Shown: positions 1 through 12,658 of the stretch, in pieces
Numbering within the stretch: the first letter of the stretch is position 1
Layout of the letters: every line of letters starts with the position of its first letter
Assembly (NCBI RefSeq): GCF_021028975.2
Contig: NC_059427.1
Coordinates: forward strand, 124,496,001-124,560,000
DNA: 64,000 nt
From: Sphaerodactylus townsendi
Taxonomy: Eukaryota
Reading direction: 5' to 3'
Made by a program: the position numbers and the translations under genes
The notes under the pieces: generated by a model
Database searches by the model: none
What the model saw: the letters and a program-made list of their open reading frames with translations, nothing else
What the model was told of the DNA's origin: nothing

Positions 1-134
1 TCACAGGGGTCGCCTAAGACTCTCTGCATCAGTGTTCTCCATCTGTAAAATAGATAAATGTTAGGGTTGGGGGTCACCACAACATGAGGAACTGTATTAA
101 AGGGTCGCAACATTAGGAAGGTTGAGAACCGCTG
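1..134 (+). mobile_element. SPIN (Space Invader; URR1-like) non-autonomous hAT element, cut by the window edge
   Basis: TCACAGGGGTCGCCTAAGAC ... GGGGGTCACCACAACATGAGGAACTGTATTAAAGGGTCGCAACATTAGGAAGGTTGAGAACCGCTG matches the SPIN/URR1 ends as recalled; TIR at 119-134. Confidence 0.85.
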
Positions 135-707
135 TTTTTGTTGGTTATAAAATAAATGTGGTAAAGATATTGAAGCGTTAACATTCAGGCCTGTGTCTGA
201 AGCCTGGCAGGATAAATTCAGAGACTACAGCAAAAAAAGGTTTTGTTAATTCTGACTATTTTAATACTCTGATAATATCCTGTCTTCATCTGAGGCTGTA
301 TCTTTTCATTTTTGGGATGGTGTGGGGCCACAATTACCAGACATTAATCTAGAAGTATTTTTGCTGTTTGCTGTGATGTGCCCATATTGTGCATTAATAC
401 CAAAAGGTAGCCAATCGTTTAGAGAAAGAGAGAAAACTCCACCTTGCATATTTGCAGCACTTATCTCCACATTTCCTCATTATTTCTCAGACCCTGACCC
501 TTACTCGGCTTCTGTTTTCTTAAGAATTGTGAAATGTTCCCCCTTCACTAAAAAAAAATTGTTGGCAGAAAATGTGCTTGCTTACCTGAGAACAGTGGCT
601 TCCTAGTTCAGGAATCTGTGTCCAACTGCAGCTGTGTACATTTGATCCCTTCTTATGAAATGAATAAGCAACTTATTTATGTCCTGTGGTTTAATGTCCT
701 ATTCTGT

Positions 708-1410
708 TAGAACATAAGAAAGAGCCTGCTGGATCAGATCAGAGTCCATCTAGTCCAGCACTCTGCTACTCGCAGTGGCCCGCCAGATGCCTTTGGGAGC
801 TCACATGCAGGATGTGAAAGCAATGGCCTTTGCTGCTGCTGCTGCTGCTCCCAAGCACCTGGTCTGCTAAGGCATTTGCAGTCTCAGATCAAGGAGGATC
901 AAAATTGGTAGCCATAGATTGACTTCTCCATAAATCTGTGCAAGCCCCTTTTAAAGCTGCTGTGTTTCCCTGAAAATAAGACAGGATCTTATATTAATTT
1001 TTGTTCCAAAAGATGCGTTAGGGCTTATTTTCAGGGAATGTCTTATTTTTTCCCCATGATTTTGCACCCCCCACGTGACCAGATCTGTAACTAGGGCTTA
1101 TTTTTGGAGTAGGGCTTATATTTCAAGCATCCTCCAAAAATCCCGAAAAATCATGCAAGGCCTTATTTTGGGGGGGGGGGGGAAAGGGTATCCAGATTAG
1201 TGGCCATCACCACCTCCTGTGGCAGCATATTCCAAATACCAATCACACTTTGTGTGAAGAAATGTTTTCTTTTATTAGTCCTAATTCTTCCCCCCAGAAT
1301 TTTCAGTGTATGCTCCCTGCTTTTAGTATTGTGAGAAAGAGAGAAACATTTATCTCTGCCAACATTTTCTACCCCATGCATAATTTTATAGACTTCAGTC
1401 ATATCCCCCT
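708..1410 (-). mobile_element. CR1 LINE 3' fragment interrupted by a MITE at 960-1188
   Basis: ORF2 C-terminus (GDMTEVYKIMHG...FFTQSVIGIWNMLP); 3'UTR nearly identical to the copies at 34.4 kb and 59 kb. Confidence 0.92.
960..1188. mobile_element. Tc1/mariner (Tc2/pogo-type) MITE
   Basis: CTGTGTTTCCC..AAAATAAG / CTTATTTTGGGG..GAAAGGG ends, internal AGGGCTTATTTT repeats, inserted at the TA of the CR1 sequence AAAGC-TA-TCCAG. Confidence 0.75.
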
Positions 1411-1671
1411 GTTGACAGTCTAAGTAAAATGACTGACCGTTTGAAAAGCTTGCTTTTTTCCTGTGTAGCTCTGTATGAGCCATATGGACGTATGCAGGAT
1501 TGTTTCTGGTAGAAACACTCATCTTAATTGTCCTTATTTTTAAAAAGATCTGAAATCCAGTTTGTGCTGTTTCATCCAGTTTGGGCAAAAAAGGAAATGG
1601 TTTGAGAACTTTTAGTTATTGCTTTTGTAGATAGTCTTATCCATCTCTCTCGCCAAAATCTTGCAGGCAGT

Positions 1672-1880
1672 TCGTTTATTTACTTCATTTGTACCTTACC
1701 TTTTTTTCCATTGAGGACCCAATCTGTTCTGTTCTCCATTTTATCCGCGCAACAGCCCCATGAGGTAGGTTAAGGCGAGTTTGTGTGAGTGGCTCAAGGT
1801 CACTCAGCACGCTTGCATGTCAGAGTGCGAATTCAAACCTGGGTCTCCAACATACTCATCAAACACTAACTACTGCGCCG
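1672..1880 (-). mobile_element. tRNA-derived CORE/Squam3-like SINE, old
   Basis: B-box-like head, CORE-like body (GAGGTAGGTT..CAAGGTCAC), AT-rich tail. Confidence 0.65.
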
Positions 1881-2624
1881 TACTTAGAGGACAGTAGTTA
1901 ATTTTAATGTTAAACACTAGTTTGGGATAGGCTGTCACATGTTTGTGTGCTTGAGGAGAGACAACATCTTCTTACAGAGGACTTTACCAAATCAGTCTGT
2001 TTTCATTTAGATTTCCTATGCACTGTATCCAGCAGTCTCTTAGTGCAAGGGGTGTAGATTTTCATCATGTACTCCTCTACCCAGCAATCCCTACCAACTC
2101 TGGGAAAGTTGTTTTGCAAGGCTGTAGATCCCCAGTAATGTAGGGCACAGGACAATGAAGGGAGAAAAAATGCTCTCTTTTCCACAAGTACAGCTTCACT
2201 GACAGAAGAACAGCAATTTCACTCTCTTGTCCCCTCCTCAGTGTTGTGTCCTGGCCCCACATCGCTATTAGCCCATACACATCCTGTGATTCTGGTGATC
2301 AGCTTTCTGGAGAACAGAAGGAATTGTTGGATGTAAGGAGCATAATGAAGAGTCACATATGTCAGCAGTTTCTTCTGATAGGTTGCTGGATCTAACTATA
2401 TCTGTTTTGTCCTAATTAATATATTGCCACAGACCAGGGAAACCCAAGGGTCTAATGCCAGCAATTTTTCTGCATTCAATACATTTATGTGCTCTGTCTC
2501 TTCTCCCCTCCCCCATGATCCAGAGGAGTGGGAGAGGGGATACAATGGGTTGGTCCCCTAAGATCTTCAAAAGGAAACCTTAAGGAATGTGTGGAAATTG
2601 CTTTCTTCCCCACTTTTACGCAAA

Positions 2625-2820
2625 CTCAGGCTAACTGGATCTTGTCAGATCCTAGAAGCTAAGCAAGTTTGGACCTGGTCAATATTTGGAAGGGAAGACA
2701 CCAAGGAAGTCCAGGGTCTCTATGTGAATGCGGCAACGGCCAACTGCCTTTGAAGTTGCTTGCTTTGAAAACCTTACAGGGCCATCATAAATTGGCCGTG
2801 ACTTGACAACAACAACAAAA
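2625..2820 (+). mobile_element. 5S rRNA-derived SINE with Bov-B/Sauria-type tail
   Basis: GATCTTGTCAGATCCTAGAAGCTAAGCA...TTGGAAGGGAAGAC resembles the 5S internal control region; RTE-like tail ending in (ACA)n. Confidence 0.7.
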
Positions 2821-4261
2821 GTCACTGACGGAAGAGTTGGGGCCTAGCACTTTTTCTTTATAGTAAGCTTGTAACTATTTTTGCCCTTGCCTTAAGCCTG
2901 CTTAGTAAATATAATTTACAGGTCATCATGATAAAGGAGTGCATGTTACCTTACAGCTAACTTAGCAAATGCTTAGTGATAGTTGGGAAAATGCACCAGT
3001 AGTTCTTGAGAATATCTAGGATGTTGCCAGTTACAAAGCAAGGGACAATGTCTGCAAATATTGGATTGGATATGCAGAGCCATAAAGGAAGGTCTAGCTG
3101 AGTTGTCTTTTTTTGTAGAGTGGAGCTAACCACATGCTTAGCCCCACCCCTGAAAATTAAATGGAATCTAATTTTGGTGTCAATAGACTGTTTTTATTTA
3201 TTTATGAAATCACAGCTGCCAGATCTTCATCCGGCATTGGCCTTTATGTGTGGATCCAAGCAATGTGGCCTTTTGTACTTGATAGATGGAGATTTTATCA
3301 ATACGTAGATGGTTAAAGTGCCATTCAGGGTTTTTTGGTATGTCACCCAGTGTACCGATAATCACTGGGACTACAACTGCTGGAGGAGGAGGAGAAGGAT
3401 TGCTTTCTGTTGGATTGAAACATTGGGAAGAACTGTATGAATAAATGTTTATTCATGAAAATAGATTCAAGCAAGTTCAAACTCTTCTGGTATTTCTTTA
3501 CTTTTGTTTGTTAAATTGGCTGGGATCCAGCTTGTTTCATGTCCCAAAGGGAGCTTTGGACTTCTGTTTTGAACAACTCAAGGTGCCATTTGGCGAACTG
3601 TTTTTGAATCCAAAGAGATTTCCAGAAACCATTTATTAATGGCATGGGGGTTTACATCTCACAGAACAAATCTATAATTCTCATGGGCTAGTAAAAGACT
3701 CTTTCCTGATAAATTTGTACATCAGGAACAAAAATTAATTTTGAAACACTGAACAACTCAGTTGTGCCACTTTTGGGACTAAAATGCACTTCAAAGACCT
3801 ATTTCAAAAATATTCTAAAACTTCCAGCTTTTGTAAAATGAGGCTTTTACCTTGCACTCTTCACGCAGATATTTAAAATATCACTTATACTTTTCATCAT
3901 TGTCTGTTAAGCCACACTTCTTATTTGCCAGCTTTGCTAGCTTGGTAAGATATGATTGTTTAAAAAAAACAAACCCACACAGTAGTACAAAGGATTCAAG
4001 TAAGCGGCAATAGTATACATCAAAGGAAATGTTAAATGTTGTAATAGAACTTAATGTGTTAGAAATAATTTATCCCTGTTCAGGGAAAAGGCAAACAGTT
4101 TTGTTGCTAAACTGAATACATTCAGTGACCTTTCAAATTTATCTTGTGCTTCCCTATGGTTTCATGATTCTAGGGTAGCCCATGCTGACTGTATTTGTTC
4201 ATGAGGGCCAATTAATACTTTTACTTTTTGGGTTATGACGTTGAGTTCTCTTTGCTTTCAG

Positions 4262-4372
4262 GGACTGACATTGCTGCTGGGGAAGAGGTCGCCATCAAAT
4301 TGGAATGTGTGAAAACCAAACATCCTCAACTCCACATAGAGAGCAAAATTTACAAAATGATGCAGGGTGGAG
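4262..4372 (+). CDS. CSNK1D: Casein kinase I delta, coding exon 2 ([37 protein letters not shown])
   Basis: AG|...|GT boundaries, 111 nt; CK1 N-lobe with catalytic Lys38 (VAIK) and Thr44. Confidence 0.98.
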
Positions 4373-5479
4373 GTAAAATTACGCTGACAAATTATGTGTC
4401 TGTTAATGTTCCCATTGTAGTTGTAGGAAAGCAAGGAATTAGTGCAGTATTCCCAGTATTCCTTCAAGGTAATTTACTGCTATCTGTTCACATGGGAACA
4501 TGATGCTGAAATACTTGGAAGTCATGTCATGAACTTGTGGCGTGAGCATGCTGCCCAATGTTAAAGCTGGATAGCTGGTCTGGTATTTCTGTGTGCATTA
4601 ATGGATCATGCACTGCTATTTATTACCAAACTGCCAGAGCTTTGGAGAAAAAAATATTTCCCTATGGATAATAGATACCTCTATCTCCTGGTACTTCAAG
4701 CGTACCATCTTGGTGGTAACTTTTCCAGTCTGCAAAATCATGTCAACTTAGAGTTTAGCTGTTAAACTTTACTGTTTTTCCAACTCATTTAACAGTGGAG
4801 ATTTGAACTTTTCAGTCATATAAATGTGGTACCTTTTTCCTGGGAATTATTTTCAGCCAGTAATATTAAGCATGGATTGATTTAGGTGGACTGACAAACA
4901 CCTTTACATAATGCATTATCTCTGTGTAATAAGTAGAGATATAAGGTTGAAACTGTGGGAAAAAGCTGGGAGGGCTTTTTTGTACCCTGGGAGGGCAACT
5001 TTTGGAAAATTAGAAAAACAATATAATGCTTATCAAGCCTAAACATATTTCACTATTTCAGCAACATAAAATGCACAATTTATCACTTGGTTGACATATA
5101 CAGTTACATTGTTTGGCATTTAAATTTCTATGAAATTTAAATATGTTCTATCAGCAGCTATAAATGCAGTTGTAAATACTCAATACTACAGAGAGGGAGA
5201 GTTACAAATTTGCTGCGCCCTCTGCTACCTTGGCTCATGTATTTTAGTATGTTCCATCTGAGGTGTCTGGGTAAATAAGCTGAAAATACACCACACAAGT
5301 TTTATGGTGGATGTGGACAGAGGCTGTCTCATAGTCATCATAGGACTTGCCAGCATGTCTAGTTATCAGGTTAAACTTCATGGAACACTATTGAATGTTT
5401 CCATTGTTATCAGCCATGTTTAAGTATGTCAATTGTGAAGAAATTAGTGATTTGAAACAGACATATGCTTTATATGCCG

Positions 5480-6280
5480 ATCCTAGGCATAAGAATTGTC
5501 TAATGCTGCAGTCACACATAAATCTTCATACTGCACATTTAAAATAAATAAAACTTAAAAGCATTAGTCCCAAGCAGGAGTTTTCTCCGTGTTCTCAACA
5601 TTTACAATTTTTCCACCAGAAAAATAGGGAAAGTCTTGCAAAAAACCCAATTTCTCCCTGGCATGAACTTCTTAAGAAGCTTTCTAGTTCAGACCTGCAA
5701 TTCTTTTCAGTGACTACCACCCAGTTTTTTATGCTTTCTAAAGCAAGGCATTCATTAGATTTACCCCAAAAACTGTTGGTGCTAGAACTAGAGGAAATAC
5801 CACTAATGGATGTATCCAGCATGCACCAATAATTATTGAAGAACTTCCCCAATTAGAATGACGCCAGAGGCACTTTAAACTCTCTGTCCTGTCTTGGAAC
5901 ATTGCAGGCTGGAGTAACAAAGTAAAAAACAGATATTTTATGAACTTTCTGACAGATTTGTTAAAACCAAGTTCGTACGTGTCTTCGTGGGTACCGTTTG
6001 AGTGCATGTGTACTGCTTCTTCAGATCTTGCAATTTATTTCGCACCTTGGATTAGATCCTGTCATGAACCTGTTGAAAGGATACCACCATCACACACCAC
6101 ACACACAATCTTGCACCCTGACAGAAATCTGCCCACTTCAAGTGATGCTTGGTTCCTTACTGGAGAGACCAGTCTGGAGGTTCTGCAGTGCTGCTTTGTA
6201 ATACTCCAGCAACTGTATGGAGACACTTGCTGTCCTTCTTCTAGTCTTGCATCAATACTACTTAAAAAAAATCTCTAAGC
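5480..6280 (-). mobile_element. Old L1/Tx1-like LINE ORF2 fragment
   Basis: WWKNCK Cys-rich-domain-like remnant, A-rich minus strand; boundaries approximate. Confidence 0.4.
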
Positions 6281-6799
6281 AGGTATCATAGAGGCCATGT
6301 ATTAACTCTTCATGGTGTTGAGCCAGATGTGTTTTCTCATCTAGGCTTAAAAATTGTCTTTTAATACTGGAAGCCAGATAGTTATGTAGTGTTATGATGA
6401 TGCGGTACTGTTAAAGTGAGCAATGCAAGTAGGTGGTTGAAGCGGGCAATTTCCTCTGAATAGTATTGGTAGAGTCATTTATAGTAACCTGTTAGCAAGT
6501 ACTCTGTGCTGTAATTGTCCCCAAATGCAAGTTCTGCACCCAGAATAAATAGTATGGGTTCAGGGTCCTGGTGTGTATATATGCCATAAAATGCATTTGA
6601 AGCACTTAGCATGCAGATTCGTGTGAATCCATTACAACTTCAGATGCTTACCATATATGTTAATTTGGCAGCTGGTGATTTTGTGTGATCCTGGTCTGTT
6701 AATACTGGAAGCCAGATAGCAGAATTGTGTTTTTCTCCTCACTCTCTTGCCTTTTAGTTGGAAGTGGTGGATGGTTGAAGGAAAGAGCACATTTCTCTT

Positions 6800-7108
6800 A
6801 AGAAGAGAAGAAGAAGAGTTTGGATTTATATCCCCCCCCCCTTTCTCTCCTGTAGAAGACTCGAAAGGGCTTACAGTCTCCTTTCCCTTCCCCCCTCACA
6901 ACAAACACCTGTGAGGTGGATGGGGCTGAGAGAGCTCAGAAGAACTGTGACTAGCCCAAGGTCACCCTGCTGGTGTGTATGGAAGTGCACAGGCTAATCT
7001 GAATTCCCCAGATAAGCCTCCACAGCTCAAGCGGCAGAGCGGGGAATCAAACCCGGTTCCTCCAGATTAGAATGCACCTGGTCTTAACAACTGTGCCTCT
7101 GCTGCTCC
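6800..7108 (-). mobile_element. Squam3-like tRNA SINE, near full length
   Basis: tRNA head with B box (GGTTTGATTCCCC on - strand), CORE-like body, (CTT)n tail. Confidence 0.85.
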
Positions 7109-7304
7109 TTCAAGAGCAGTTCTATCCCAGGTGACCCAATTTACCCCCTCTAAGAAAAATATTTTTCAGAAAGAAGATAGCTGAAATATTGATAACTATG
7201 TGTAAAACGTTGATAGCAACATTGGAGCTGCTTCTGCAGATGTCTGATATGCAGTGCCGTTTTCACAGAGCAGTATGAATAACGTGTGTTTCCCCTTGTT
7301 TTAG

Positions 7305-7453
7305 TGGGTATTCCCACAATCAAATGGTGCGGGGCTGAAGGTGACTACAATGTAATGGTGATGGAGTTGCTGGGACCAAGTCTTGAAGACCTCTTTAACT
7401 TCTGTTCAAGGAAATTCAGCCTCAAAACAGTCCTATTACTTGCTGACCAAATG
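7305..7453 (+). CDS. CSNK1D: CSNK1D exon 3 ([49 protein letters not shown])
   Basis: 149 nt, canonical splice sites, CK1 [10 protein letters not shown] motif. Confidence 0.98.
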
Positions 7454-7529
7454 GTATGACATTTTTTTTGTATTCCGTTATTACTGGATATGAAGGTTTC
7501 CAAGATTCTAATTATTGACAGGGTTTTTT

Positions 7530-8325
7530 TAATTTATTATTTAGATTTGTAGACCACCCCATCCCCAAGGGGCTCTGGGCAGTGCACAACAGTGTCAATA
7601 TACATACGAGGTATAACAAGGATCACAATAGTGACCACATTTACTAAAATCCATTAAAATCCATTAAAACAGCGGTCAAAACAATAATAACAGTCGTCCC
7701 ATAACCCAGTTCATTAAAAACCTCCCCCAAAAGAGGGAACGGCTGGACTCCTCCCTAGGAGTTGTAAAAATAAGGGAGCAAAGTAAAGGGGAGGGGCGCC
7801 CTACTCAGCGACTGGACACTCCATAGGCCCGGCGGAATTCACCAAGGTCCCGCAGGGCCCGGACAGCTGGAGGAAGAGTGTTCCACCAGGCCGGGGCAAG
7901 AGCCATAAAGGCCCTGGCCTGTGTGGAGGCCAGCCGCATTATTGAGGGGCCAGGGACCACCAGCAAATTGGCCTCTGCCGAACGCAGAGGCCGAGTAGGG
8001 GCATATGGGGTAATGCGGTGTCTAAGGTACGAGGGTCCCAGGCCGCGTAAGGCCTTAAAGGTCAAAACCCATACCTTGAAGATGATTCAGAATTCCTCTG
8101 GGACCCAATGCAGCTGACGCAACACAGGTTGGATATGGTCACGAAAGGCGCCCCCTGTGAGCAAGCTTGCCGCTGCATGTTGGACCAGTTTCAGTTTCCG
8201 AATCAAGTGCAAGGGAAGGCCTGCGTAGAGCGAGTTACAATAGTCTAGCCTGGAGGTGACCGTTGCATGGATCACAGTGGCTAGGTCTGCCTGAGAGAGG
8301 AAGGGGGCCAGCTGCCGGGCCTGTT
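7530..8325 (-). mobile_element. L2 LINE 3' fragment
   Basis: IHATVTSRLDYCNSLYAGLP...LQLHW...FKALRGLGPSYL...APAWWNTLP; 3' stem-loop and (ATT) tail. Confidence 0.9.
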
Positions 8326-9677
8326 TCTTTCATCGCCAAAAAATAAAACAGGTTATCATTTAGAATAAGGGATATATTGTAAGCTTATTTTTGCCTGTAT
8401 GGATCTGATTGAAGGAATCACTGTGAATAGCTTGCTTATACCTTCTTCAAAATATTGCTCTTCTCCCCCCACCCCCCAAAAAACCAGATTATTTTTGAGA
8501 TTGGGAGTGGGCATCTAAAACAGCCATAAGTGTGTACTTGGCCAGTTGTTGTGTACGTTGATTTATATCCTAATCCTTTCATTTATGGAAGAGATGGTCC
8601 TTCACTGTACAGCACTTTCCTCAAACCCCAAATGCTTTTTAGTTCGTTGAAAGATACCTGTCTTGCATGGCTGGAAGCTGCTCGTGCTTGAGGAAAGCAT
8701 TCTGCAGTGAAAGATTGACTCCATCACAGAAACTGTGTGGCAGAAACAAGGCTTAGGATCCAAGCCTTTATCTCTTAGAAGCATCTATTTACAAACGTTG
8801 CAAAACCTAAAGTTTTAGGTGTTGTTGTTCCTCTGGAGTTTAACAAGCAGTTTCAGCTGTGTCGTTCAGGTTGTTCTTCCCAACAAAATGTAAAGATGTT
8901 TTGGTTTGTATTTCCATCAGATTCAGTCAAAACAAGAACTAGGCTTGTCTACAGAGGATATCATAGCTAATGGCTTCTAAGTGCAGTCATAGCATATGCC
9001 CTGTATGTGCATGTGTGCCAGTGTGAGCTAGAGAATGATACTGCATTGTTCAGCTTCCTGGAAAACTTGGTATTTTTCTGCAGACAGTGCAGTTTTAAGA
9101 AAGTAGGATAGTGGTAACTGAAAATGGGGCTGAAATAGTCTTTTTTCAGCCCCAATAATTAACCCTTAAACTGAGCTCTGTATGGACTAGTTTGAGACTC
9201 CATGGTTGGCTCCTCCTCACATTGAAAATCTGATAGTGGCTTTTATGAAGCTTTTTTTCATCTGGGTCTCCGTTTTTGTCTAGTCAGTTCTGCTGGCTTT
9301 TGAACTAGGAGCCCACTTCCTCTGGGAACTTTGCCCTACCAATATGTAAAGTACAATCTAGTAAAAATGTCCACACTAAACATTGAATTGGACCCCTTGA
9401 CTCCAATCCAGCTTTCCTCCTATGACAGAAATGCCATCAGAATGGAGTCACGTCATCCAAACTATTGTAAAAAATTTGTTGAACAGCAGAAATATGGTAA
9501 ATTGGCTGGCATTATTTTCAAAGACCAGTTAAGCAGACAGAATAATAAACATGTACTGTTTAAAGGTGACCTTTTGCAGAGTAGTATTGATAACATTGTA
9601 ACCCATCATTTTCAGTAATGTATTCAGTGTTGATATTGAATATTCAGTTTTATGTTTATTTTGTTTTTTCTTATCAG

Positions 9678-9906
9678 ATTAGTCGAATAGAATATATTCA
9701 TTCAAAGAACTTCATCCACCGAGATGTAAAGCCTGACAACTTCCTAATGGGATTAGGCAAGAAGGGCAATCTTGTGTATATAATAGATTTTGGGCTGGCT
9801 AAGAAATACCGGGATGCTCGTACCCACCAGCACATTCCATATCGTGAAAATAAAAACTTGACAGGAACTGCCCGCTATGCCTCCATCAACACTCATCTTG
9901 GAATCG
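9678..9906 (+). CDS. CSNK1D: CSNK1D exon 4 ([26 protein letters not shown])
   Basis: 229 nt, catalytic loop and activation segment, canonical splice sites. Confidence 0.99.
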
Positions 9907-10952
9907 GTGAGCTGGGAGCAGATTATTTTTGTTCACTGTTGCATCCAGTCTCATAAAATGAGGGTTGGAGAAGTCAAATGGTTTTGATTTACATTTTGCT
10001 GGGTGACATTCTGAAAACAGCATGTTTAATTTTCCAAATGCAATATAGTCTCAAGCAAGGAAGTTCATTCCACCTCTTAAAAAGATCAGGCAACCCCAAT
10101 ATAGGACAAAATGCTTGGTGATGTTTTTAGCCAATACATTTCTATTGGGGTGGTTTGATAGCTGTGTTTTGGTCAGATTCAGACTGATGTCTATGTTCGG
10201 AGAAGGGAACCCTGACCCTGAGCTCAAACTGGCAAAAGTGCTCTTAGGTTGGGTTAGCCTTGCCTTTGTTCAACACCAGTAAGACAATCTTAGACAAAAC
10301 GAAAGTTCCGGAGCAGATAGGTTGGAGAAGAGTGTCTTGCTTTGATGTGTTATGATTAACCCTGCAGAATGTGGTGTGGATCACTTGTGTGAATCATTTC
10401 TAATTACCTTTCCACATCTTCCTGGCACACTGTGGTCTGGATGACAGGGTTTCGAAACATCCTCACTGTTGGCATGCATTGTTCCCTCAAATTCAAAAAG
10501 CAGCATGAGAGAGGCAGAAGCTCTGTAGTAAATGAAATAGACCCCAGCCAGCGGCTTCCATAAATCCTTGGGTGCATGCAGATAATTTGGGTGAAAGAGG
10601 GAAGCGGTGGTGGCCAGAAATAACTGGCTAGTAAGCCAAACTAGAATTTATGAACCCCTGACTGACAGGTGAGTAGGCAGGCAGTCTAGGCTCAGTGGTC
10701 TTGTGTAGGAGATTTGCTGGATGACCCTGGTCCTACAAAATCCTTTTCAGCACCATGGGAATCTTTATGAATAAATGTGGAAGTAAATATATATTTTTGA
10801 TTGCATAACAAACTGAACCCCTCACCCCAATATTTAGCAGTGTCTTTTTAAAGTAATATTTTTTTTGCTAAGTATCATTTGTTGCATTAAACACCTTTGT
10901 GCTATTTCACCAAATAATAGAACCTAATGGCTCCACTCTTATACTCTTGTAG

Positions 10953-11123
10953 AACAATCTCGCAGAGATGACTTGGAGTCCTTGGGCTATGTTCTCATGT
11001 ATTTTAACCTGGGCTCCCTCCCCTGGCAGGGATTGAAAGCAGCCACAAAGAGACAGAAATATGAACGCATCAGTGAAAAGAAAATGTCTACACCCATTGA
11101 GGTTTTATGTAAAGGATACCCTT
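10953..11123 (+). CDS. CSNK1D: CSNK1D exon 5 ([12 protein letters not shown]...[22 protein letters not shown]...GYP)
   Basis: 171 nt, canonical splice sites, CK1 LPWQGLKA motif. Confidence 0.98.
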
Positions 11124-11328
11124 GTAAGTTTATTCTCTGGAATAGATCATCTTGAAATAAATCTGCGGTCAAACTTATCAGTTAAACGTCTGTTAACTTA
11201 ATATCATGTCCTCTATTACATCCCCAGCCCACCATTCACTCTGGCACTCCTTTTCATATAGCTCAGTGAATGTTTGTGTTTTCTATGTTGACTCAGCAAC
11301 TCCTTTTGCCCTTTTATCTTTTCAGATG

Positions 11329-11331
11329 CAT

Positions 11332-11378
<47 letters not shown>

Positions 11379-11480
11379 TTATTTTAGATTTATAGGCCGC
11401 CTCTTCCCCGAAGGGCTCGAGGCGGCTCAACAACATGGCTGTTATTAACAGCAACTCAACAACATAACTTAAACATTAAA
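11329..11480 (-). mobile_element. L2 3' end with (TTTA)n microsatellite
   Basis: GCCGCCTC..GAGGCGGC terminal hairpin next to the (ATTT)n tail. Confidence 0.75.
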
Positions 11481-12069
11481 ACTCCGGCATTTGTTCATTG
11501 TGTGCCTTTTACACTGCCTAGAGTGTTTGCTCATCATTGCATCCTAAAGGGAAAAGTCTTTTGTGCACTTAATGTCTACATGGCCCAATAATGTAACCTA
11601 TAGTTGCTAAGTTCCAGCATTGTTCACTGTATCCCCAGCAACTATTTTCCTATGCATTTGTCCTATAAAACTGTTGGTGCTATTTCATTAGGATGGGTTA
11701 ATGCCTTGTTTTTGTCTGCCATCCTTTTAAAAGGGAAATGCTATCCTGTTGTTCTTGAGAGTGACTGGAGTTGGGGGGCCCTCTACTCTTATGGAATGGC
11801 TCTAACTAATGTAGCCTAATGACATCCAAAGGGTGATATGATCATCACGGAGAAACTTTCAGCATTTGAAGAAAAGACCTCACTTCTCTATTGTGGGGGA
11901 CAAAATCGATCACTTCACACTGTACAGTTCTGCTGTTTCATTTGCCATGCAGCTGGGATGTGGAATGTAGAAATGCTCAGGAGTGCTTTGGAAAGCTGAT
12001 TAATCAGCACTGATTTTTTTTTCCTTTTTGCATTGACTTGGATAATATGATCAGGATTTCTCATTTCAG

Positions 12070-12218
12070 CTGAGTTTGCTACATACTTGAATTTCTGCCG
12101 CTCATTGCGTTTTGATGACAAACCAGATTATTCTTATCTAAGACAATTATTCAGAAACCTCTTCCACAGACAAGGCTTCTCCTATGATTATGTGTTTGAT
12201 TGGAACATGCTCAAATTT
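12070..12218 (+). CDS. CSNK1D: CSNK1D exon 6 ([27 protein letters not shown]...DWNMLKF)
   Basis: 149 nt, canonical splice sites, end of kinase domain. Confidence 0.98.
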
Positions 12219-12510
12219 GTAAGTAGCCAGATAATTTAAATATCTTTAAAATTTAGGGGGGAAATTGGAAATGCTGTTGTGGGATAACTGTGTATCTTAT
12301 TTTGGATTAATTGTTGTATTTGATATATCGATTTGCTACTGAAAAGGTGGGTTAAATAGCCAACCTTTTTGATGTTGAACTTCTGGGGTATGTACTGCAT
12401 AGATTGCCTTTACATCTGAACCAATTGGTTCCAAAGAATAGGACTGCGACCCGAGTTTACAATGTTTACAATGACTGGGTCTAACTGTGTGTATTTGGTA
12501 ACCTATAGTC

Positions 12511-12658
12511 CAGGGGCGGCCAACCTTTGATGCCCCAGATGTTCATGGACTTCAATCCCCATCAGCCCCTGCCAGCATGGCCCGTTGGCCATGCTGGCAA
12601 AGGCTGATGGGAATTGTAGTCCATGAACATCTGGAGTACCATAGGTTGGCCACCCCTA
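12511..12658. mobile_element. Palindromic hAT MITE
   Basis: CAGGGGCGGCCAACCT...AGGTTGGCCACCCCT TIRs; same family as 16096 and 41311. Confidence 0.85.

Noticed and set aside
1163-1588. 141-aa ORF as a host gene
   Set aside because: CR1 ORF2 C-terminal remnant fused to flanking sequence.
2625-2730. 5S rRNA gene
   Set aside because: Too diverged and fused to a retroposon tail; it is a SINE head.
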